DNA from: Candidatus Microgenomates bacterium
Lineage (GTDB): Bacteria; Patescibacteriota; Microgenomatia; JACPZF01
Reading direction: 5' to 3'
Assembly: GCA_016199065.1 (NCBI GenBank)
Contig: JACQHK010000053.1
Location: forward strand, 1-63,080
Length of the DNA stretch: 63,080 nt
Numbering within the stretch: position 1 is the first letter of the stretch; each line of letters begins with the position of its first letter. The position numbers and the translations under genes were made by a program. The notes below the pieces were generated by a model. The model was given only the letters and a program-made list of their open reading frames with translations, searched no databases and was not told the origin of the DNA. Shown piece by piece: positions 16,912 to 25,777 of this stretch.

Positions 16912-18294
16912 TTATTTCTTTTTAATCGTTGTCTGTGTTTTGGTATCTTCCACGTCGTATCCCATTTTTTCTATTTCGTTTCTAAGACGATCAGACTCTA
17001 TCCACTTTTTTGCTTTTCTTACCTGTTCCCTTTTCTTAACGAGTTCTTTTACCGTCTGAGGAATCTCTGTTTTGGAAAAAGTTAATAAATCCAATCCGAA
17101 TACTTCATCAAATTTTTTAATATTTACTATCTTTTCACCAGGAGCTAGTTTTTTGTCATCAACCATCTGCCAAACTACCGATAATGCCTGCGGTAGATTA
17201 AGATCGTCATTAATCGACTGTAAAAACTCAGTAGTGTATTTTTCCTCTTCTGATAAGGCTATTTTCCCTGCTTCTTGCCACTCGGTTATTTTCTCTTTTA
17301 ATCTCTCCAGCGCTCTCCGCGCACCGCTTAAGGCTTCCCAGGTAAAATTCATGGTCGTCCGGTAATGTGTGTTTAAATATAAATAGCGCAAAGACAGCAT
17401 ATCAAAGCCTTTTTTCTGTAGATCTTGTCGGGTATAAAAATTACCCAAGCTTTTACTCATTTTTTCTCTTTCAACCAGTAAATGGGCAAAGTGCACCCAG
17501 TATTTGGCAAAGGGCTTGCCCGTAGCTGCTTCACTTTGGGCAATTTCGTTAGTGTGATGAATTGGAATATGGTCAATGCCTCCGGAGTGAATATCAAAAG
17601 TCTCACCTAAATATTTCATGGCCATCGCCGAACACTCGATATGCCATCCCGGAAAACCAGTTCCCCAAGGACTTTTCCATTCCATTTGCCGTTTTGTCTC
17701 CTTGGGTGAAAACTTCCAGAGCGCAAAGTCTGTGGAATTTTTTTTGCCCGGTACGGGTTCTACCCGGGCACCTGCCAGTAAGCCTTTTTTATCCAACTTG
17801 GCCAATTTCCCGTAATCCTTAAGTTTTGCTGTATTAAAATAAATTCCGTCTTCGATTTGATAGGTAAAGCCTTTTTTCTCTAGCTCCCCTATTAAATCAA
17901 TCATTTCCTTAATGTGATCAGTTGCCTTACATATCACGCCGGGAGTTATCACGCTAAGCTGTTTTAAATTCTCAAAAAAATCTTTCGTATAAAATTGCGC
18001 GATTTCCCAAACTGATTTTCCCTCCCGCTTAGCACCCTTTTCTAACTTATCCTCACCGGTATCAGCATTACTCGTCAAATGCCCTACGTCAGTAATGTTC
18101 ATCACTCTCCTGACTTGATAACCATTAAGCATCAGTACTCTCTGCAAAAGATCATTGCCCACGTAAGTTCGGTAATTACCGATATGCTGAAAATCGTAAA
18201 CGGTAGGACCACAAGAATAAAAACCAACCTCAGGAGGATGAATTGGTTTAAATGACTCAATCTTACGGGAAAGGGTATTATAGAGTTTTAACAT
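16912..18294 (-). CDS. cysS: Cysteine--tRNA ligase
   Basis: Class I HIGH (HIGN) and KMSKS motifs, with CGPTVYD at the N-terminus. Confidence 0.95.
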   Translation of the reverse strand: MLKLYNTLSRKIESFKPIHPPEVGFYSCGPTVYDFQHIGNYRTYVGNDLLQRVLMLNGYQVRRVMNITDVGHLTSNADTGEDKLEKGAKREGKSVWEIAQFYTKDFFENLKQLSVITPGVICKATDHIKEMIDLIGELEKKGFTYQIEDGIYFNTAKLKDYGKLAKLDKKGLLAGARVEPVPGKKNSTDFALWKFSPKETKRQMEWKSPWGTGFPGWHIECSAMAMKYLGETFDIHSGGIDHIPIHHTNEIAQSEAATGKPFAKYWVHFAHLLVEREKMSKSLGNFYTRQDLQKKGFDMLSLRYLYLNTHYRTTMNFTWEALSGARRALERLKEKITEWQEAGKIALSEEEKYTTEFLQSINDDLNLPQALSVVWQMVDDKKLAPGEKIVNIKKFDEVFGLDLLTFSKTEIPQTVKELVKKREQVRKAKKWIESDRLRNEIEKMGYDVEDTKTQTTIKKK

Positions 18295-18341
18295 GAAAAT
18301 GAAAATGTATAATGTACAATTATTTCCTTTTATTTTTTACA

Positions 18342-18432
18342 TTATATACTCATCTTACTCCGGTTTGCAGCTCGTCAGAGCGAAAAAGCGGATTAGATGC
18401 TTGCCTGCGCAAGCAGGAGTATATACTGAGAA
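18342..18432 (-). promoter_or_regulatory. Conserved structured element, copy A (5' of cysS)
   Basis: Shares the blocks TCAGTATA, CATCTAATCC and CGGAGTAAGATG with 30914..31020. Two hairpins sit at the same positions in both copies but with different sequences. Confidence 0.45.
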
Positions 18433-18453
18433 ACTCAGGTTACAAACCTGAGT
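18431..18453 (-). terminator. Hairpin terminator after the CofE-like gene
   Basis: AACTCAGG-TTTGTAA-CCTGAGTT followed by TCTC on the minus strand. Confidence 0.5.
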
Positions 18454-18469
18454 TATCGAAGTATTGATA

Positions 18470-19216
18470 CTATTTCTTGCCTTTCTGCCACTTAACACTT
18501 CTTAAAAATGAGGCATATAAATCATCTTCTAAATCAATTTGCAGGTTGTTCAGTTCTTCTTTTGAAGGAACACGATCTTGAAATTTAACAAAAGGTAAAT
18601 CCTCAATAATGGCCAGCGGTGTCTGTTCTCTGCTTTCGCCAGTTACTACTACAGCCGCTGCCGCTAAACCATCCATCACGTTTACCCTTGTGGATTTTAA
18701 AATTTTGCCGAATAAATCTTTTTTACCAATATAATCGTTTACGCCAATAAAACCGCTATGAGTTAGGGTCAGTCCGGTAACGCCAAAGCGCAGGGGTGAG
18801 GTTTTGCTATCGGTAACAATTATACCCAGATTCCTAATTTTAAATTTATTTTTTAGGAATTCTCTTATTTGATTAGTTATCTCCTGTAAATTAACAGGTA
18901 GCAGAATTAAATAGCCGTTTCCATTAGATTCATCGATACCCGAAGAGGCTAACAAAGCATTACCCTTAATAGTGATATAAAACGGGTGTCTGCTTGAGGT
19001 AGGAGCAAGAAAGAAATCTGCTTCTTGTTCAATTAGTTTGTTTTTATTTTCTTTCGTCGTATTTTTCACCAATCTACCTTGGGTAATGGCAATTATTTTT
19101 GAACTTATAGCAACAATCGAGTTTTCCTTAAGGCGAGTAATGTAGCGGTCGATGATTGTAATAATATTTTTATCATTAACCGTAACTTTGTGTGTTTTAA
19201 TCGGCGTGACTTTCAT
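18470..19216 (-). CDS. CofE-like (F420-0:gamma-glutamyl ligase family) protein
   Basis: 248 aa with ISSKIIAITQGRLV, SGIDESNGNG and GESREQTPLAII blocks resembling the F420_ligase family. Confidence 0.55.
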   Translation of the reverse strand: MKVTPIKTHKVTVNDKNIITIIDRYITRLKENSIVAISSKIIAITQGRLVKNTTKENKNKLIEQEADFFLAPTSSRHPFYITIKGNALLASSGIDESNGNGYLILLPVNLQEITNQIREFLKNKFKIRNLGIIVTDSKTSPLRFGVTGLTLTHSGFIGVNDYIGKKDLFGKILKSTRVNVMDGLAAAAVVVTGESREQTPLAIIEDLPFVKFQDRVPSKEELNNLQIDLEDDLYASFLRSVKWQKGKK

Positions 19217-19278
19217 GCTGCTATTATACGATTATCGGAAAAATTTGGCTTGTGAGTTTTCGGACACTGTGAAATAAT

Positions 19279-20310
19279 GTGGTTATGGAAACAGAAGAAG
19301 AACCTCCAAGAATCGAACCCAAATTTGATTGGAAGCAGCTTGGCACTTTACTCTTATTAATTTTGTGTGCGGTTTTTATCTCTTCTTATCTAACTTTTTT
19401 GTATGTTTCAACCCGAACAAAAACTCAAACCCCTTATGCCTCTCCCTCTCTAATCAAAGAAAACATAACATCAACACCAATCCCCACATCTCCCTCTAGA
19501 GAGACTCCCAACATGCAGGCGGCGGAAAATATGCAACTCTATCCTTCACCTAGTGGAAAATTAGTATTTTATATTTTTCCCAACCAAAAGGGCGGAAGTT
19601 TTTCTGATTGTTCTTTTGGCCTAAGGGAGGGCGGTAATAGCGGCACGGTTAGTTTTAATAAAAACATATCTAATTTAGTAGGAAAGGATAAAATCCCCTG
19701 CAGTGAAGGAATGGGCGGTGTTTATCAACAAAATTTTCGTAACTGGATTGAGGACGAAAAATTTATTTTCGACGATTTACAGGGAAAAATTTATATCATA
19801 AATGCTCTCAGCCTGACAACGGAAACTACCTACGCCTACAACCCAACTCATGTTTTTGTTTTGGTTTCAGAGGATTTAAAATATTGGTTGTTTAGGAAAT
19901 ATCCCTCAGCCAATCCTACTTCGTCTTATGTCGTACTAAACCAAAATCAGGAAGTAGTTAAAGATGAGATTAATTTTTCCAATGATGAATACGCCGATTA
20001 CGTTTTGTTTATACCTTTATACGATAAGGTAAATTACGGTATAGTTTTTATGACGAGAAAATTCAGGGAACTACCCACTCCTTATAGTGGTAGCTATACC
20101 ACCGAGGTTTCTGCCCGGTTTGATTTTCTGTCCTTTTCAGATCTTTCCTACCGCACGCTTTTAACCACTGATTTTATCGGTGCTCCTGGAAGGGGATGTG
20201 GTATTAATACTCTGTTATCTAAGGCCGGAGAAATAATTATTAAATCGGACTGTCTGATAGTAGGAAATCAATATAAAGATAGTGAGGGAAATATTCATCT
20301 TAAGCTCTAA
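19279..20310 (+). CDS. Hypothetical membrane-anchored protein
   Basis: 343-aa ORF with a GTG start (an ATG follows 2 codons later) and an N-terminal TM helix. Confidence 0.5.
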   Translation: MVMETEEEPPRIEPKFDWKQLGTLLLLILCAVFISSYLTFLYVSTRTKTQTPYASPSLIKENITSTPIPTSPSRETPNMQAAENMQLYPSPSGKLVFYIFPNQKGGSFSDCSFGLREGGNSGTVSFNKNISNLVGKDKIPCSEGMGGVYQQNFRNWIEDEKFIFDDLQGKIYIINALSLTTETTYAYNPTHVFVLVSEDLKYWLFRKYPSANPTSSYVVLNQNQEVVKDEINFSNDEYADYVLFIPLYDKVNYGIVFMTRKFRELPTPYSGSYTTEVSARFDFLSFSDLSYRTLLTTDFIGAPGRGCGINTLLSKAGEIIIKSDCLIVGNQYKDSEGNIHLKL

Positions 20311-20318
20311 TTAAATTC

Positions 20319-20591
20319 ATGAAAAAAACACTATTGGTTGTTTTGTTATCTGCCAGTATTTTTATTTTAACTGCCTGTTCGCAATCAGGACCATCCCGGG
20401 CGGAAAATACCTATGTGGGAGTGGTAGGAGTAAGTGGATCTTATTTTAGTTTGCAGACGGACGATGACAATTTTAAAATCAGAAGCACTTTCTTGGACTT
20501 AACGCCTTACCTTAACAAAAAGGTTAAGATACACGGACAATTTTCTAAGGAAGTTTTTTTTGTGGACGACGTTAAGCCCGCAACTAATTAG
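20319..20591 (+). CDS. Small lipoprotein
   Basis: Signal peptide with lipobox ILTACS. Confidence 0.55.
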   Translation: MKKTLLVVLLSASIFILTACSQSGPSRAENTYVGVVGVSGSYFSLQTDDDNFKIRSTFLDLTPYLNKKVKIHGQFSKEVFFVDDVKPATN

Positions 20592-20628
20592 ACTATTTGT
20601 CTTTCGTCTTTAGACCTAAGAATATTGT

Positions 20629-21159
20629 CTAATGACCAACTTGCAATGCCTTCAAAGTTTTATTTAGGGCTTCTTCCTTTGAATTGGCGTAAGTATCAAT
20701 TACCAAATCGTATTTTGCCGGATTCCAAAAATCATTGCCGTATAACCGTGTCCATTTTTCTAAATTTTCTTTTTCCCTGGTTTCTAATAATTCCTTAGCT
20801 TCTTCCACCGGCAGGTTTTCTCTATTTACCAATCGATCAATTCTTAAGGCCTCATTACAAACCAAAAGAATTTTAAAAACGTCTGGTAAATCTCTGGCCA
20901 AATATCCCGTTAACCAACCTTCGATAATTTTATTTCGTTGATTTTTGAGCATGTCATAAACCATGGCATCCAAACCGCGTTCGTATTGATCGGGTCGTTG
21001 GGAGGCAAATTCCAGGGGAATTTTATTTTTTTTACTATACTCTCTTTGCAATTCTCCCGTTGAGTGACGCTCCCAACCAAGTTTTTCGGCCAAAAGCTTT
21101 GAAAGCGTGGTTGTTCCTGTGCAAATTAAACCTGAAACGGTGATGTTTTTATACTTCAT
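20629..21159 (-). CDS. P-loop nucleoside monophosphate kinase (cytidylate kinase-like)
   Basis: N-terminal P-loop-like ITVSGLICTGTTTLSKLLAEKLGW and a size of 176 aa. Confidence 0.6.
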   Translation of the reverse strand: MKYKNITVSGLICTGTTTLSKLLAEKLGWERHSTGELQREYSKKNKIPLEFASQRPDQYERGLDAMVYDMLKNQRNKIIEGWLTGYLARDLPDVFKILLVCNEALRIDRLVNRENLPVEEAKELLETREKENLEKWTRLYGNDFWNPAKYDLVIDTYANSKEEALNKTLKALQVGH

Positions 21160-21163
21160 GTAG

Positions 21164-21275
21164 AATTTTCAATTTTCGTAATTTACGAATTTTCAAAATA
21201 ATTTTCAATGCTCAATTTTCGAAACTGAAAATTGAAGATTGGTTTGAAAATTATGAAAATTGGAAAATTGGAAAA
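21164..21275. repeat. AATTTTC/GAAAATT heptamer palindromic intergenic repeat, copy R1
   Basis: The left half carries about six AATTTTC-like units and the right half about five GAAAATT-like units, centred on AATTTTCGAAACTGAAAATT. Confidence 0.8.
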
Positions 21276-22757
21276 CTATCCTTTGGTATTCATTACTATC
21301 GTCTTATATCTCGTTAACTCTCCAATTAAGTATTTTGCTCCCTGTACCATACCTAAACCTGAGTTTTTAAAACCGGTAAAGGGGAAGTGATCTGGTCCCC
21401 GAGCATCTTTGCCGTTAATCTGAATTGACCCCACTTCTAAGGCATTAGCCACTGCCCAGGCGGAATCTAAACTCTTTGTAAAAACGCTTGACTGTAAACC
21501 ATATTCTGATTGATTTGCCAAACCAACTGCTTCCTGCCAATCTTTTACTTTCATAACTGGCAAAATTGGCCCGAAAGGTTCCTCCCAGGCAAGTCTCATT
21601 TTTTTAGTTACGTCAGAAACAATCGTTGCCTCCATAAATCTCCCCTCTCTTTTTCCACCAAGGGCAAGAGTAGCTCCCAGATTTAAGGCATCATCAAGAA
21701 GCTCTTCAACATATTGAGCAGCTTTATCATCAATAATTGGTCCGAGTGTATATTCTTTAATTCGGGGATCTCCTAAAACAAATTTTTTATGTATCACGGA
21801 GGATAATTTTTTCAAAAATTCACTGTAAATCTTTTCTTCCACCATCACACGTTTAATACCGGTACACCTTTGTCCACCATAAGAAAATGATCCCTTGGCA
21901 ATCTCTTCTGCGGCCAAATCCTGATCGCAATCTGCCAAAACAATAGAGGCGTCTTTGCCTGATAGACCAAAAAGTAATTTTTTCATTCCGGCTTTTTTAG
22001 CTACTATTTCGGCAGTCTCATATGAACCAGTTAAGTTAATGGCATCAACTTGTTTGTGAGTCACTAAGAAATCGCCAACATCCTCACCCTTACCGGTTAC
22101 ACAATTTAAAACACCCGCAGGTATTCCGGCCTGGCGAAAAAGTTCAATCATGTGTAGGGACGAAATTGCACCTTGGGTAGAAGGTTTTAAAACAACCGTA
22201 TTGCCGGAAACCAAGGCTCCTACAATTTTAGGCGCACCTTCATTAACTGGGTAGTTAAAGGGGGGAATGGCTAACACTACGCCCAAAGGAACACGCCGGG
22301 CGATGGCAATTTTATTTCTTTTGGTACCGGGGTAAGCCGAGGAATCCCAAACATCACCTACTAACCTTCTTCCTTCTTCTGCGTAATAATCAATTAAATC
22401 AGCCGTGCGCAACGCTTCTTCTTCTGCTTCGGAAAATGGTTTGCCGATTTCTAAAATAATTAAATCACGCAGATAATCAGCATTTTCTTTAATCAAAGAG
22501 GCTGCCTTGTGCAACAAATCAACTCTTTGATAGATCGGTAAATTTTCCCAAGGTTTTTGCGCGTTGCGTGAAGATTCAACGGCCATTTCTGCCTCTTCTT
22601 TAGTTACTGAAGGCACCACCCCAACAATGGAATTGTCAATTGGGGAATGAATTTCTAAATAGTGATCGGTTTTGGATATTTGCCAAGCGCCATCTACGAA
22701 AAATTTATAAACTGGAGGGTTCTGGTTATTATGCAATTCATTAAAATTAGTCATCAT
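21276..22757 (-). CDS. Aldehyde dehydrogenase, GapN-like (non-phosphorylating GAPDH candidate)
   Basis: ALDH motifs EEPFGPILPV and FSYGGQRCTGIKRV in 493 aa. Confidence 0.75.
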   Translation of the reverse strand: MMTNFNELHNNQNPPVYKFFVDGAWQISKTDHYLEIHSPIDNSIVGVVPSVTKEEAEMAVESSRNAQKPWENLPIYQRVDLLHKAASLIKENADYLRDLIILEIGKPFSEAEEEALRTADLIDYYAEEGRRLVGDVWDSSAYPGTKRNKIAIARRVPLGVVLAIPPFNYPVNEGAPKIVGALVSGNTVVLKPSTQGAISSLHMIELFRQAGIPAGVLNCVTGKGEDVGDFLVTHKQVDAINLTGSYETAEIVAKKAGMKKLLFGLSGKDASIVLADCDQDLAAEEIAKGSFSYGGQRCTGIKRVMVEEKIYSEFLKKLSSVIHKKFVLGDPRIKEYTLGPIIDDKAAQYVEELLDDALNLGATLALGGKREGRFMEATIVSDVTKKMRLAWEEPFGPILPVMKVKDWQEAVGLANQSEYGLQSSVFTKSLDSAWAVANALEVGSIQINGKDARGPDHFPFTGFKNSGLGMVQGAKYLIGELTRYKTIVMNTKG

Positions 22758-22854
22758 AATCTTAGTATAACTTTATCCCGTCCAAGAAGACAAGAAGTGA
22801 GAATTGCTCGTTAAGAAAACATAAAACCAGCCATGCCAATAATCTTATTAGTAC

Positions 22855-22883
22855 TTGACAAAAAAAATACTGACCGATAAAAT
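22855..22883 (+). promoter_or_regulatory. Sigma70-type promoter of groES-groEL
   Basis: TTGACA-N17-TAAAAT. Confidence 0.55.
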
Positions 22884-22908
22884 AGCAATCAAAAGATTTG
22901 AGTGCCAA
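22882..22908 (+). promoter_or_regulatory. CIRCE-like inverted repeat (HrcA operator candidate)
   Basis: ATAGCAATC-N9-GAGTGCCAA compared with the consensus TTAGCACTC-N9-GAGTGCTAA (7/9 and 8/9). It abuts the -10 box upstream of groES. Confidence 0.55.
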
Positions 22909-22967
22909 CCATATCTCTCTTCTTTAGACGTTAAGTACATTTTGATTACTTAAATTAAGGAGGATCT

Positions 22968-23282
22968 ATGCAAAATCAGAAAAGTTCTGGTAAGGTTAAT
23001 ATTAAACCCTTGTTTGATTATGTCCTGGTTAAACCCCTCGAGGCAGAAGAAAAAACTCCTTCTGGCATCCTACTTCCCGAAAGCGCTAAAGAAAAACCAC
23101 AAGCCGGACTCATAATGGCGATTGGTCCTGGTGCTTTAAATGAAGATGGAGAAACTATTCCCATGATGGTTAAGGTAGGACAAAAAGTAATGTACAAAAA
23201 ATGGGGTGGAAATGAAGTCAAGGTTGGCCACGAAGAATGGCTATTGGTTGAACAAAAAGATATTTTAGCAATTGTTGAATAA
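22968..23282 (+). CDS. groES: Co-chaperonin GroES
   Basis: IKPLFDYVLVKP, GILLPESAKEKPQ and a strong SD (AAGGAGGA). Confidence 0.95.
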   Translation: MQNQKSSGKVNIKPLFDYVLVKPLEAEEKTPSGILLPESAKEKPQAGLIMAIGPGALNEDGETIPMMVKVGQKVMYKKWGGNEVKVGHEEWLLVEQKDILAIVE

Positions 23283-23300
23283 ATAATTTATTAGAAGTGA

Positions 23301-24983
<1,683 letters not shown>

Positions 24984-25004
24984 ATCTAATTAAAAAATTA
25001 CTTT

Positions 25005-25030
25005 AACCCCGCCCCAAGGCGGGGTTTTTG
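25005..25030 (+). terminator. Rho-independent terminator of groESL
   Basis: AACCCCGCC-CCAA-GGCGGGGTT followed by TTT. Confidence 0.8.
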
Positions 25031-25085
25031 GTAATTAGTTGACAATTGTTAAGTTAAAGTCTAAAATTTTTAAAATTTTGTTTTT

Positions 25086-25775
25086 ATGATCAGAAACGTT
25101 CAGACTTTTCTTGTTGAAAAAACTTTTTTTGTCAGTCTTGAAGAAAACCAAGCGATTAATAAAAAATTAGTTCTCTCCAAAAATCGTCCTCCGGTTATTA
25201 CTATCTCTCGCCAGCATGGTTGTTTTGGTGCAGAAACCGCTGTTGAACTTTCTAAATTACTGGGTAGGGGATGGATTGTCATCCATCGGGAAATTCTCGA
25301 AGCAATTGCTAAAGATTCGGGCGTGGAAAAACAATATCTAACCCAATTTGATGAAAAAACCATTCCCTGGATTCAAGAAGTATTTAATGGCTTTCAGGAA
25401 GAAAGTTTTAATGACGCCAGTTTTCTTAATCATCTGAAAAAACTTACCAAATCCTGGGCGCAGCGCGGGAGAGTCATAATTGTCGGAAGAGGAGCCAATT
25501 TTATTATTAAAGAAGGTTTTCACGTCCGCTTGGTAGCTTCCAAAGATGTACGGGTAAAAAATTTAATGACGATCAATAAATTTTCCCGGCAACAGGCAGA
25601 AAGAGAACTTGAACTAAGTGATCGACACCGAAAAAATTATACTAAGAAATTATTCGGCCAAGACATAGACGACCCATTAATGTATGATTTGACAATTAAT
25701 GTCGACAGTATGCCTTTTGTCGATGTGGCAAAGATGATTTATGCTGCCGCCCACATTCCCTCTCTTTTTAAATAG
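25086..25775 (+). CDS. Cytidylate kinase-like family protein
   Basis: ITISRQHGCFGAETAVELSKLLG N-terminal block, typical of the Cytidylate_kin2-type family. Confidence 0.55.
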   Translation: MIRNVQTFLVEKTFFVSLEENQAINKKLVLSKNRPPVITISRQHGCFGAETAVELSKLLGRGWIVIHREILEAIAKDSGVEKQYLTQFDEKTIPWIQEVFNGFQEESFNDASFLNHLKKLTKSWAQRGRVIIVGRGANFIIKEGFHVRLVASKDVRVKNLMTINKFSRQQAERELELSDRHRKNYTKKLFGQDIDDPLMYDLTINVDSMPFVDVAKMIYAAAHIPSLFK

Positions 25776-25777
25776 TT

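Noticed and set aside
18365-18385. Hammerhead-like CUGACGAG on the minus strand inside element copy A
   Set aside because: Only one core-like octamer is present. There is no GAAA core segment or cleavage-site helix in the right geometry, and copy B has CCGCTCAGCGGGG at the equivalent position.
21164-21275. Possibility that the GAAAATT arrays are a CRISPR array
   Set aside because: The units are 7-8 nt with 0-6 nt irregular gaps and there are no 25-40 nt repeats or unique spacers. The arrays are palindromic and dispersed, and no cas genes are in the window.
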